Positions 9,955 to 19,449 of a stretch of DNA of 64,000 bases are shown here, piece by piece (the first letter of the stretch is position 1; each line of letters begins with the position of its first letter). A model generated the notes under the pieces. It did not search any database. It worked only from the letters and a program-made list of their open reading frames with translations, and was not told the DNA's origin. This DNA comes from Planctomycetota bacterium (GTDB lineage: Bacteria; Planctomycetota; Planctomycetia; Pirellulales; Lacipirellulaceae): NCBI GenBank assembly GCA_039190745.1, contig JBCCXZ010000006.1, forward strand, positions 1-64,000. Direction: 5' to 3'. Position numbers and translations under genes: made by a program.

Positions 9955-10605
9955 ATGCGTGACTCGACGGCGACTTCTGCCGCGAGCGTTGCTCGCGTAT
10001 CGTTCCTCATCGACCTGTCAGCACTGCAGGCGCCACTGGCCGAGGTGCAACGCGGGGTTACAGAGATCGCGTCGGTCGGCCTGGGCGTCACCTGGGGCGT
10101 CGGCGGTGAGGGTCAGGCAAGGCTTGCGGCAGAGGCTGGCGCTGCGGGGGGCTCGGACGCGGCGGTTGTCTCGAACGGCTCGGGCACGGCTGATCGGCGG
10201 AGAGACGCGCAACTGGCCGGGGCGTTGTCGCTGGAGGCGGTCGTTTGCTCGGTCGACCCCACCGCTCCGTCGGTTCGCCTGCGCTTGGCGGCAGCTGGGT
10301 TGTGGGAATGCACCCCCAACCGCCTGTGGTCGCCGGAGCGTCGGTCGCTGTGGAACAAAGCGGGTCGGGCTCACCTGTTCCGGGCAACGGATACGCGAGG
10401 GCTTGCCGGCGCGTCGGTCGTGGTCGTTGCGGGCGAAGCGGCGCTGGAAGCAAACACGCGGTTGCGGCTGATCGACGACCTCCGAGCGGTCGCGGCGATC
10501 GCCGAAGACGGCGGCGTAGTCGTGCTGCCGGTGGGCGGTTTGATCCAAGAGCACGCCGAAGCAACCACGGGACGGCCACAGCGGTCCATTCTTCGGGCCG
10601 CTTGA
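9955..10605 (+). CDS. Hypothetical protein ending ...QRSILRAA
   Basis: Only plausible ORF filling the gap; no firm family motif. Confidence 0.5.
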   Translation: MRDSTATSAASVARVSFLIDLSALQAPLAEVQRGVTEIASVGLGVTWGVGGEGQARLAAEAGAAGGSDAAVVSNGSGTADRRRDAQLAGALSLEAVVCSVDPTAPSVRLRLAAAGLWECTPNRLWSPERRSLWNKAGRAHLFRATDTRGLAGASVVVVAGEAALEANTRLRLIDDLRAVAAIAEDGGVVVLPVGGLIQEHAEATTGRPQRSILRAA

Positions 10606-10627
10606 GCAGGTCAGAGGCGCCGCCCTG

Positions 10628-10682
10628 CTTCTGCTCGCGGCCGGATTACTTCTGCTTGCGGCCGCTTTACTTCTGCTCGCGG
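10628..10682. repeat. 21-bp-period tandem repeat (3 cores) spanning a stop codon
   Basis: cttctgctcgcgg / cttctgcttgcgg / cttctgctcgcgg at 10628, 10649, 10670. Confidence 0.85.
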
Positions 10683-10858
10683 AACGTTGAGAAGCTCATG
10701 TAGAGCAGCGAGATCGACGCAACGATCACGCCGATGTGCATCATCTTGGTTTCGTTGGCGGCGCTGCCGAAGATGATCCCGGTGAAGAGGTCCGCCCCGA
10801 AAACGAGCAGCAGCAAGCCGGCGACGGCCATCCCGAAGATGGTCATTGCCTTTGCCAT
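10667..10858 (-). CDS. Small two-TM membrane protein (63 aa)
   Basis: MAKAMTIFGMAVAGLLLLVFGADL; gagg SD upstream. Confidence 0.8.
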   Translation of the reverse strand: MAKAMTIFGMAVAGLLLLVFGADLFTGIIFGSAANETKMMHIGVIVASISLLYMSFSTFREQK

Positions 10859-11063
10859 GGATGCCTCGTTCCGTGGGGGTTGGTTCGGGTGGGTCGGTTG
10901 CGGGCGGTGAGCGCGGCGGGGACGCGGGTCAAAGGGGCACGCCCAAACAAGGTGATCGGCGGGCTGCAGAAACCCGCTCCGGGCGGTCGGCGGTGGGATG
11001 GTCTAAGACCCGGACCGCCGCTGAGCCCGCGGACGGGCTCCGCACCCCGCTGGACGCTCCCCT

Positions 11064-11069
11064 AGTATA
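11064..11069 (-). promoter_or_regulatory. Candidate sigma70 -10 (TATACT) for the 63-aa gene
   Basis: agtata on the + strand in an otherwise GC-rich intergenic region. Confidence 0.4.
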
Positions 11070-11165
11070 GTTGCCTGGTTTCGCTTGTCACTGCGGCCTA
11101 CCAAGAGCGGTTTGGGCGGTTTCTGACGTTTGGATGCGTAGGGGAGACGCATCCGGGCGGCCCCG

Positions 11166-11768
11166 CTAGTGGGCGGCCGCTCGCTCGACCGGGATGGCAC
11201 CGGGGACGGGCTCAGCGGTTTCTAGCCCCTTCTCGGTTCGGACCTCGGCGACGTGCGTGAGGATCCGTTCGATCACCGCCTGGTGGGCCATGATGTTGTT
11301 CCAGGCACGGAAGTAGGTATAGCCCACGTACGCCAGGCCGGTGAGGGCGGCAAAGAGGTGGAAGATCGCAACCGACTCGGTGCCGGAACGGCCGGTGCCG
11401 GGGTCGGAGGCGGCCCCCAACGCGCCGACGCCAACAACCGTCAGCATGGCGGTGAGGCACCAGGGGAAGGTTTTTCGCTTTAGCTGCGTGCTCTGAGCGA
11501 GTTCGCGGCCCTCGAAGCGGTAGGTTTCGCTGACTTCCTTCACCCAGCGGTTAGTGCCGATGAAGTAAGTCACCACGATGCTGTGGACGAACACAACGGC
11601 CAAGGCCGCGGCGGCTCCGGTGAGCAGATGGGTACCCTTCCAGGCGACGATCGACTGGATCTCGTCTTCGGGCGACTCGTAGAGGTCGCCGATGCCCAGG
11701 CCGAGTACCAGCGCAGCGGCGTACAAGCCGAGGGAGAGCGAGGCGAGTGTGGCAAAGATACGGGGCAC
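11166..11768 (-). CDS. Hypothetical four-TM membrane protein
   Basis: Four hydrophobic segments with His residues (HLLTG, VHSIVVTYFIGT, FHLF). Confidence 0.75.
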   Translation of the reverse strand: MPRIFATLASLSLGLYAAALVLGLGIGDLYESPEDEIQSIVAWKGTHLLTGAAAALAVVFVHSIVVTYFIGTNRWVKEVSETYRFEGRELAQSTQLKRKTFPWCLTAMLTVVGVGALGAASDPGTGRSGTESVAIFHLFAALTGLAYVGYTYFRAWNNIMAHQAVIERILTHVAEVRTEKGLETAEPVPGAIPVERAAAH

Positions 11769-11867
11769 GGCGGCGGCTTATGGTGGTTTGCGGCTGTAAG
11801 CCAAACCGCCAGTTTACGCCGGCAATCCACACTCTTCTAGCTCCGCTGCTGGCCACTGCGGTGCGGC

Positions 11868-12776
11868 CTAGCGGCGTGGAGCCACCTCATCGATGCGAGC
11901 CGCCGCTAGGGGCGTGTGATCGACGACCTGCACCTCACCGGGGACGTAGCGGAATTCGTCGAGACTTAGCACCGGTCCGAGGCGGACGTCGAAAAGCTCG
12001 TAACGTACCAGCGGGTCGCGGCAGGGGACGATTGAAGAGGGCCCGGAGCGGAGGTCCGCGTCGCGGTGGCGGCGGTACTCGACGACCCGGGGGAGCCGGT
12101 CCACCAGGCTCACAAGCAGCAAGGCGTGGTCGGGAACGACAGGAGGCCAGGCGGCCTCGGAGCCGTCCTCGCCTAGTGCGCGGGCAAGCCCCTCGGGCGT
12201 CCACGAACCGACCACGGCCCAGACGGCTTCCCCCTGGTGCTGGACCTGCCTTGCGGGGCCGAACTGAAAACGCGTGTAGAGGTCGGCGACCAGTGCTGCC
12301 ATGCCGCCGCGGGCGAGGGCCGTTTCGACCAGTGGGTCGGGCCGGTACGGAGAATCGCTGAGTGAGCGCGGAGCCGCGGCCACGCCGCCGAGCAGCCTGC
12401 GGACGTCGACCCGGCTGACCGAGCGGCCGGACGGGAGCCGCTTCTCGGTCCAGAGGAACTTCCCATCGAACACCTGCTGCAGGCTGGCCGTTTCTCCGGC
12501 GACCTGAGACTGGAGCTCCAGCCGAGAAAGCCGCTGCTGGCCCGTGCCACGCTGCAGGTACCTGCCGGTGCCGAGCAGCTCGTCGCCCTCGGCGGCCGTG
12601 GTGTAGCGGACGCTGGCCGAGAGGCTGGGGGCCCGCTGGAGGGTTGCCAACGCCTGGAGGACTATTTCAGAGCCCTCGGGGGCCTGCTGCTGGGCCGCCG
12701 CAGGTACGGACGCCGCCAGCGAGGCTACGCTCGCCGCCAGAACAACCGCACGCAGCGTGGCTGGCAAGCAGCGCAA
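11868..12776 (-). CDS. Secreted protein, possibly LolA-like fold
   Basis: Signal peptide (..PAAA/Q); SLSASVRY..GTGRYLQ..QQVFDGKFLW..LPRVVEY..EFRYVPG pattern. Confidence 0.6.
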   Translation of the reverse strand: MRCLPATLRAVVLAASVASLAASVPAAAQQQAPEGSEIVLQALATLQRAPSLSASVRYTTAAEGDELLGTGRYLQRGTGQQRLSRLELQSQVAGETASLQQVFDGKFLWTEKRLPSGRSVSRVDVRRLLGGVAAAPRSLSDSPYRPDPLVETALARGGMAALVADLYTRFQFGPARQVQHQGEAVWAVVGSWTPEGLARALGEDGSEAAWPPVVPDHALLLVSLVDRLPRVVEYRRHRDADLRSGPSSIVPCRDPLVRYELFDVRLGPVLSLDEFRYVPGEVQVVDHTPLAAARIDEVAPRR

Positions 12777-13126
12777 GATGCAACTCCTCTGACGGTTTTA
12801 GCGGATTTGCCAAAGATCGGGCGCTTCCCGCACCGAATCTTTACTCCCAGGAGAACGGTCCGTTTTGGGACTGCGCGAGCAGCCCGTCGGGTCGTCGCCG
12901 TGCGGGGCCGGGGATACTAGCGAGCGTCCTCGGCGAGCGTCCACGGCAACCCGTTTCGCAGGCGGCCGCGGCGAGAGCCCCGGTGCTAGCGTGAAGCGGT
13001 CTCCTCGCAAAAAAACACTATTCGATCACCACGTCTGGCAGGATCAGGGCGGCTGACGGGCAGAGGGCCGGCGACGCGACCGCGTCGGGGCCGCTTGACC
13101 CGGGGGCTGTTCTAGGGGGGACCGTA

Positions 13127-14401
13127 ATGACTACACGCAGATTTACATGGACGGCTTTCGCGGCGTGCGTCGTATTTTCGACGGGCTGCGCGGGCCGGCT
13201 GGCGGAGAACCTACCGCCGGCTCAGCGGATTATGGAACCCGGCCCGGGAGTGGGCGGCCCTGGTCCCGGGGTGATCGGCCCTGGGGCGATGGGCGGCGGC
13301 GTGGTGCCGGCCTCGGCGATGATGGGCGGGATGGGGATGCCCGGCATGGGCATGCCTCCGGTTGGCCCCGGGTGCCCTCCGGGCGCCGGCATGGGCGGCC
13401 CCGGCTCGACTTCGCAGATTGCGTTCCTGGGCGTCGAGGGCGGCCAGGTTGCTTGGGACGTGAGCGGGCGTAGCCTGTTTGACTCGGCTCCGCTGGTGAT
13501 GCCGGGCCGGCAGAACTTCCCGCAGGGCTCGATCTACCGCTTGAAGCTGACCAGCATCCCCGACCGTCCGGGCGTGGAGCTGTACCCGACCATCGAAGTG
13601 GCCCCGGTGACGCCGCGGACCGACGCCTTCTTGGCGCACTCGCCGGTGCCGATCCAGTTCACCGACGAGGACCTCGACCAGGTGCTCAGCGGCAACTACG
13701 TGACCAAAGTGATCTACCTGCCGGACCCCGAGTTCCAGGAATTGGCGCTCTCGGGCGTCGAGACGCTGGTGAGCACGCGGCTTGATCCGGGCGTCGACCC
13801 GATCCACGAGGCGGACCGCCGCGGCTCGATCTTGGCGATCCTGCGGATCGGCAACCTCGACTTGCAGCTGCCCGGCCAGATGATGGGCGGGGGCGGCATG
13901 GTGCAGCCTGTGCAGTACGAGGGCGGCTACTGCCCGGACGGGAACTGCCAGCCTGGTTATGACGCCGGCTACGGCGGCGGCGCAATGGTCCCGCAGGGGA
14001 TGCCGACGGCGAACTTCGCGCCGCAGGTGGCTCCTCCCGGGGTGGTGTCTGGGGTGAATGGCCCGGCTTGGGGCATGCCGATCACCGGCACGCCGATCGG
14101 ACTGCCCGGCCCGCCGCACATCCCCTTGGGATCGCCGGCCGGCCTGACAAAGCACACGATCAAGAACCGCACCAAGGTGCTGATCCCGCCGCCGGTTCAC
14201 AACATGACGATGACCGTCAAGCAACGTCCGGGCATGAGCTACCCCCGGCCGGTGAACAAGGTACGCGTGTCGGAGGTGAACCGGGCTCCGGTGCAGGTGT
14301 TCGGGGGGACGCTCCCCCCTGCCCTGCCGACGGCTTTGAAGAAGCTGGCCGGACGCGTTGGGGCTAAGGGTGATGACTGCGGCGACCAGGAATGCCAGTA
14401 A
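13127..14401 (+). CDS. Gly/Pro/Met-rich lipoprotein with unnamed conserved domain
   Basis: Lipobox FSTGC; ggggga SD; central domain paralogous to the next gene. Confidence 0.85.
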   Translation: MTTRRFTWTAFAACVVFSTGCAGRLAENLPPAQRIMEPGPGVGGPGPGVIGPGAMGGGVVPASAMMGGMGMPGMGMPPVGPGCPPGAGMGGPGSTSQIAFLGVEGGQVAWDVSGRSLFDSAPLVMPGRQNFPQGSIYRLKLTSIPDRPGVELYPTIEVAPVTPRTDAFLAHSPVPIQFTDEDLDQVLSGNYVTKVIYLPDPEFQELALSGVETLVSTRLDPGVDPIHEADRRGSILAILRIGNLDLQLPGQMMGGGGMVQPVQYEGGYCPDGNCQPGYDAGYGGGAMVPQGMPTANFAPQVAPPGVVSGVNGPAWGMPITGTPIGLPGPPHIPLGSPAGLTKHTIKNRTKVLIPPPVHNMTMTVKQRPGMSYPRPVNKVRVSEVNRAPVQVFGGTLPPALPTALKKLAGRVGAKGDDCGDQECQ

Positions 14402-14466
14402 GCCAGGCAACTCTCTGACGAAAGCTCTTTCGAAGACGGTGTTTCAGTAGACAACGATGGACACTC

Positions 14467-15324
14467 ATGACAACGGTTCGCTCACAAGCAGCACGCGGCT
14501 CCGGCCGTGTGCGGGTCGCAGGCAAACTGCTGTGTGCAGTTTTGGCGGGCCTTGCGGTCGGTGCGGAAGCACCGGCCCAGGAACGGCCGACGCACTGGCT
14601 CCACGCCGGTGCTACGCCTCCGGGAGCGATTGGCCGCCAGCGACTGCTTCGCGGAGGACCGTTGTCGGGTTACTGCCAGCCGGTTGAGATCCGGGTCCCT
14701 GAGGGGTCCCGGATCGCACCGGCGGCGGGAACCGGTTTCGCCGACAGCCACAAGGGCAAGCTGCTCGCGGGGCTGCGGCTGGCTGAGGTCTATCGTTTCA
14801 AAGTCACCGAGGTCCCGGGCGAGCCGGGCGTCGAGTTGTTCCCCACGGTCGAGGTGATCGACCGGCTCTACCCGCCGCCGGGGCTGCGGCTGCGGTTCCC
14901 GGTTCCCGTCGAGCTGACGCGGGACGAGCTGCTGATGGCGGCCGAGGGGAAGTTCATCACGCGCGTGGTGTACGTGGAAGACCCCGAGCTGGCTCCGCCG
15001 GTGGACGAAGACGCCGAGGGTGGCCAGCGTTGGCTGGAAGCGGCGCCGGGCGAAGACCCTCTCGTGACCGCGGACCACCTGGGGCGACCGATCGCGATTG
15101 TACGCCTCGGCGGGAGGACGCCAGACACCGAGCTGCCGGGGGGATCGTTTAGCTACGTTTCGCCGGAGCCGCTCGTCTACGACACGTCGCTCGTGCCGCA
15201 GAAGAAACCGCGGAACGGCCAGCCGTTGGGCGACGGCGTGATTGAAATCACCGACGATGGGCTTAACGGCGAAGCGGCCGAGCCGCTGGGCATCTCCGCC
15301 AAGCCGTTGGGGGACGCGCCGTGA
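14467..15324 (+). CDS. Secreted protein with the same unnamed domain
   Basis: Signal-like segment; YRFKVTEVPGEPGVELFPTVEV aligns with YRLKLTSIPDRPGVELYPTIEV of the upstream gene. Confidence 0.85.
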   Translation: MTTVRSQAARGSGRVRVAGKLLCAVLAGLAVGAEAPAQERPTHWLHAGATPPGAIGRQRLLRGGPLSGYCQPVEIRVPEGSRIAPAAGTGFADSHKGKLLAGLRLAEVYRFKVTEVPGEPGVELFPTVEVIDRLYPPPGLRLRFPVPVELTRDELLMAAEGKFITRVVYVEDPELAPPVDEDAEGGQRWLEAAPGEDPLVTADHLGRPIAIVRLGGRTPDTELPGGSFSYVSPEPLVYDTSLVPQKKPRNGQPLGDGVIEITDDGLNGEAAEPLGISAKPLGDAP

Positions 15325-16373
15325 GCCGATCGAAACACACGTACAACGCGGTCGCGCCGGGTTGGCTCCGCCTGTTGGCGGTGGGCACGGCCGTCGCGAT
15401 CCTCTCCGCGTGCCAACCGGCCGACGGGGCCGAGTGCGGCTGCGGTCCCGACTGCGGGGTGATCGGCCCGGGCGACGAGTACCTGTGCGACGGCGGCGAC
15501 GCCGGCTTGCCGGTCGGCGTGCGGGCGGACTGGACCATTGACGGGCTCGAGCAGGAAGACACGATCGCGCACTACGATACGGTCGACGGCCGGGTGCTGG
15601 TGACGCCGAGTAACCGGGTGTGCATCTACGCCCCGCGGTTCGCGGTGGTGCGTCGCGTGGTCGACCCCGGCGAGTACGCCAACATCGCGCAGCCGCGCGG
15701 CTACACCGAACCGGTTGAGCTGGCGCATATCGATGAGACCGAGGAAGCCGCGGGCTCGCTGGCGTTGCTCGAGCCGACGATCCACCGTGCGGAAGACTTG
15801 CCGAACCTCGCTAAGTTGCGGCAGCAGCCGGGTGAACTAGACCGCGACCTCGCCCTGATCGAAGCGATCGGCATCGACTCACCGCACGCGCACCTGCAGA
15901 TCGTCCGCGCCGGGGAGATCTCTCTGGAAGAGCGGGCCGTGATCGGACGGCTCAGCCTGGCGGCGGTTTCGTGGTCGGGCGACCAGGCGGTGCAGATCAC
16001 GATCGACAACGACCAGGCCGTTGCCCTGGTGAGCGAGGCCACCCCTGGAACGATCTACCACCTCGAAGAGCCGAACTCGCCGAAGCTGCGGCTGGTGAAG
16101 CTGGCTTCGTGCGGCTCGGCTCTGCCGGGCGAGGAGATCGAGTTCACGCTGCGGTTCGACAACATCGGCGACCGCGCGATGGGCAATGTGACCATCGTCG
16201 ACAACCTCACCACGCGGCTGGCGTACGTCGAGGGCTCGCAGAAATCGAGCGTGCCCGCTGAGTTCAAGACGCGCACCAACGGCCGGGGATCGCTGGTGCT
16301 GCGTTGGGAGATCCGCGACCCGGTCGAGCCGGGCGAGGGCGGCGTCCTGCGGTTCACTTGCCGGGTGCTCTAG
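15321..16373 (+). CDS. Lipoprotein with C-terminal DUF11-like Ig domain
   Basis: Lipobox ILSAC; PGEEIEFTLRFDNIGD..NVTIVDNLTTRLAYVEGS..LRWEI; GTGA overlap with the previous gene. Confidence 0.85.
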   Translation: MSRSKHTYNAVAPGWLRLLAVGTAVAILSACQPADGAECGCGPDCGVIGPGDEYLCDGGDAGLPVGVRADWTIDGLEQEDTIAHYDTVDGRVLVTPSNRVCIYAPRFAVVRRVVDPGEYANIAQPRGYTEPVELAHIDETEEAAGSLALLEPTIHRAEDLPNLAKLRQQPGELDRDLALIEAIGIDSPHAHLQIVRAGEISLEERAVIGRLSLAAVSWSGDQAVQITIDNDQAVALVSEATPGTIYHLEEPNSPKLRLVKLASCGSALPGEEIEFTLRFDNIGDRAMGNVTIVDNLTTRLAYVEGSQKSSVPAEFKTRTNGRGSLVLRWEIRDPVEPGEGGVLRFTCRVL

Positions 16374-16479
16374 GCGCCTGTGACAAAGCGAACCGTTTTG
16401 CGCGGGTTGGAGTCTGAAGGTTCCAGGCCGTAGACTGCGGTGTTGGCCTTGCCCGCCCTCTTGGAGCGATTCCCCGCGC

Positions 16480-17394
16480 ATGCCGTACGCTTCGTTCCTG
16501 TTCATCTGCACGATCTGGGGGGCTAGCTTCATCCTGATGGAGCGGGCGTCGCACGTCATGGGGCCGGTGGACATCGGCTTGTGGCGATTGATTGGCGGGA
16601 GCGCGACGCTCACGGCGATGATCCTGTGGACCCGCGGCAGTTGGGGCGTTCGGCGGCGCGACTGGCCGCACATCGGTGCGGTGGCGTTGTTCGCGAACGT
16701 CTACCCGTTTGTGGTGCAGCCGTACGTGATGATCGCGGCCGGCGAGCACGCCTACTTTGGGATGATGGTGGCCCTGGTGCCGCTGGCGACAATCTTGGTT
16801 TCGATCCCCATGCTGGGCGTCTACCCGACTCGGCGGCAGTTGTTTGGCGTGCTGGGCGGCCTGGTGTGCATGGCTGGCGTGGTGCAAGAAGGCTCGGCTC
16901 GGGGGATCTCGCCGTGGTTGCTTCTGCTGGCGCTCACCGTGCCGATCTCGTACGCAGTGGGCAACACCTACGTGAAATGGAAATTGGAAGGGCTGCCCGC
17001 GGCGCCGCTGACGACGCTGTTCCTGGCGATGGGCGCGGCGATGCTGTTGCCGGTGCGGTTGAGCCCGAGTTCGCTCGAGACTCTCGGGATGGCCGGCCCT
17101 GCGGAGCCGTACGACTGGCCGGTGGCGATCGGTTCGATCGCGGTGCTGAGTATCTTAGGGACGGGGATCGCGATCTTGCTGTTTATCCGATTGATTAAGA
17201 ACGAGGGGCCGCTGTTCGCGGGGATGGTCACGTACGTGGTGCCGGTGCTCGCCCTGGCGTGGGGCCAGTACGACAACGAGTGGCTCTCCGGGCGGCAGGT
17301 AGCAGCCATCCTGGGCGTTCTGGCCATGGTGGCGGTGGTGCAGTGGCCGGCTCGGACGCCCCGGCCGGCTCTCGGCGACGTTGCTGCCGAGTGA
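16480..17394 (+). CDS. DMT/EamA-family transporter
   Basis: IWGASF; about 10 TM segments; VTYVVPVLALAWG. Confidence 0.9.
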   Translation: MPYASFLFICTIWGASFILMERASHVMGPVDIGLWRLIGGSATLTAMILWTRGSWGVRRRDWPHIGAVALFANVYPFVVQPYVMIAAGEHAYFGMMVALVPLATILVSIPMLGVYPTRRQLFGVLGGLVCMAGVVQEGSARGISPWLLLLALTVPISYAVGNTYVKWKLEGLPAAPLTTLFLAMGAAMLLPVRLSPSSLETLGMAGPAEPYDWPVAIGSIAVLSILGTGIAILLFIRLIKNEGPLFAGMVTYVVPVLALAWGQYDNEWLSGRQVAAILGVLAMVAVVQWPARTPRPALGDVAAE

Positions 17395-17412
17395 TTCTGC
17401 CCGAGTGATTCT
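17387..17412. repeat. 12-bp direct repeat (period 14) containing the stop codon
   Basis: ccgagtgattct at 17387-17398 and 17401-17412; TGA at 17392-17394. Confidence 0.75.
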
Positions 17413-17481
17413 CTTCGGGGGCCTCACGGCTTAAAGTAAGGTGCTGGGGCTTAACCACGACTCACTGGCGGACCGCAGATC

Positions 17482-18627
17482 ATGGCTTCTTCCTCGCTCG
17501 CTGAATCGCTCGGCCACCCGTGGCTCGCGGCCCGCACCGCGGAGTTCGACAGCTCCGGCATCCGCAAGGTGTTCGACCTCGCGGCGAAGATGAAGGAGCC
17601 GATCAACCTCTCGATCGGTCAGCCCGACTTCCCGGTGCCCGAGTCGATCAAGCAGGCAGCGGTCGAGGCGATCGAGGCCGACCGCAACGGGTACAGCGTC
17701 ACGCAGGGTATCCCGCGGCTGCGCGAACGTTTGCAGTTCGAGGTCGACGAGCGTTACGGACAGTCGGACCGCCGCGTGCTGGTGACCAGCGGCACGAGCG
17801 GCTCGCTGGTGCTGGCGATGCTGTGCATGATCGACCCAGGCGACGAGGTGATCTACTTCGACCCGTACTTCGTGATGTACCCGGCGCTGGTCGGCATGGT
17901 GGGCGGCGTGAGCGTAAAGATCGACACGTACCCCGACTTCCGGGTGGACGTCGACAAGGTCGCCGCGGCCATCACCGACCGCACCAAGATGATCGTGCTG
18001 AACAGTCCGTCGAACCCGACCGGCGTCGTAGCCACGGCCGACGAAGTGCGTGCGCTCGCTGAGCTGGCCGAGCAGCACGGCATCGCATTGGTCTCCGACG
18101 AGATCTACCGCGAGTTCTGCTACGACAGCCCGCTGGAGAGCCCGGCGGCGTGGAACGAATCGACGATTGTGGTCGACGGGTTCAGCAAGACCTACGGCGT
18201 GACCGGCTGGCGGCTCGGTTGCATGCACGGGCCTGCGGCGATTATTGACAAGCTGACGATGCTGCAGCAGTACACGTTCGTGTGCGCACCACACCCACTG
18301 CAGTGGGCGGCGCTAGCAGCGATGGATGTCGACATGTCGGCCTACGTCGTCGAATACCGGGAGCGACGCGACCTGGTAATCGCCGGGCTGCGCGACGCGG
18401 GCTACCAAGTGGGCGACAGCGGCGGGGCGTTTTATGTGTTCCCGCAGGCGCCCGAAGGGTACGCGTCGGCGACCGAGTTTGTCAGCCGAGCGATCGAGCA
18501 CGAGTTGCTCGTGATTCCCGGCGGCATCTTCAGCAACCGCGACACACACTTTCGCATCTCCTACGCGGCGAGTCGGGAGCAGATCGAGCGTGGCATCGAC
18601 GTGCTGAGAGATCTGCGGTCGCCTTAG
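17482..18627 (+). CDS. PLP-dependent class I/II aminotransferase
   Basis: LSIGQPDF, NSPSNPTG, SDEIY, GFSKTYGVTGWRLG. Confidence 0.95.
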   Translation: MASSSLAESLGHPWLAARTAEFDSSGIRKVFDLAAKMKEPINLSIGQPDFPVPESIKQAAVEAIEADRNGYSVTQGIPRLRERLQFEVDERYGQSDRRVLVTSGTSGSLVLAMLCMIDPGDEVIYFDPYFVMYPALVGMVGGVSVKIDTYPDFRVDVDKVAAAITDRTKMIVLNSPSNPTGVVATADEVRALAELAEQHGIALVSDEIYREFCYDSPLESPAAWNESTIVVDGFSKTYGVTGWRLGCMHGPAAIIDKLTMLQQYTFVCAPHPLQWAALAAMDVDMSAYVVEYRERRDLVIAGLRDAGYQVGDSGGAFYVFPQAPEGYASATEFVSRAIEHELLVIPGGIFSNRDTHFRISYAASREQIERGIDVLRDLRSP

Positions 18628-18748
18628 TCCGATCCTCACAGGTTGTTGTGTAAGCTGTCGCACACGCGGGAAGCTTTGATCGGTCTGAGTGGGATGGATA
18701 CAATCGCTTGACCGTCGTCCACCGACTCACTGCTCGGGGCTGAACTTC

Positions 18749-19426
18749 ATGATGCGAATCTGGGCCGCACTGACCGCGGCGGTTTTTCTCGCCGGCTGCG
18801 GCTCTGCTGACGCCCCGGTCCCCGAGGATACGGCAAGCGGTGCGATGCCGAAGAAGGCGGTGACCGCTTCGGCCCGGTCGCCTTTCTGGGACGAGTTAGA
18901 GAGCAACAGCACACCGCCGGAGGAGATCGGGGAATTGGAGTTTGTGGACACCGCAGGCGAGCGGGTGAAGGTCTCCGACTACCGCGGCAAGAAGAACGTG
19001 GTGCTGGTGTTCACCCGGGGGTTCTCGGGGATGCTCTGCCCGTTCTGCCGGACGCAGTCGTCGCGGCTGGTAGCGAACTACGAGGAGTTTGTGTCGCGTG
19101 ACGCGGAGATACTGCTGATTTATCCCGGCGGGACCGAGAAGCTAGAGACCTTTAAGCAAGCCGCGGTTGCGGAGCACGAAGACGTCGACGAGGTGCCTTT
19201 CCCGATCCTGCTCGACGACGGGCTCGACGCGGTGAACTTTTTGAACATCGGCGCGGCGCTCGCGCTGCCGTCGACCTACATCCTCGACAAGTCCGGGGGC
19301 GTGCGTTTTGCCTACGTCGGCGAGTCTCCCAACGACCGGCCCTCGGTGCGGGCGATGCTCGCTGAGCTCGACCAAGTGAACGGCGCCGAACCCTCTCCCG
19401 AGGCCAAGCCGGAAGCGTCCTCCTAG
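18749..19426 (+). CDS. AhpC/TSA thioredoxin-fold lipoprotein
   Basis: Lipobox FLAGC; CPFC; LPSTYILDKSGGVRF. Confidence 0.88.
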   Translation: MMRIWAALTAAVFLAGCGSADAPVPEDTASGAMPKKAVTASARSPFWDELESNSTPPEEIGELEFVDTAGERVKVSDYRGKKNVVLVFTRGFSGMLCPFCRTQSSRLVANYEEFVSRDAEILLIYPGGTEKLETFKQAAVAEHEDVDEVPFPILLDDGLDAVNFLNIGAALALPSTYILDKSGGVRFAYVGESPNDRPSVRAMLAELDQVNGAEPSPEAKPEASS

Positions 19427-19449
19427 CCGAAGCGGAAAGGGGTCGGGCC

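Noticed and set aside
12944..12960. Sigma54 promoter for the lipoprotein operon
   Set aside because: GG-to-GC spacing is 11 nt, not the required 10.
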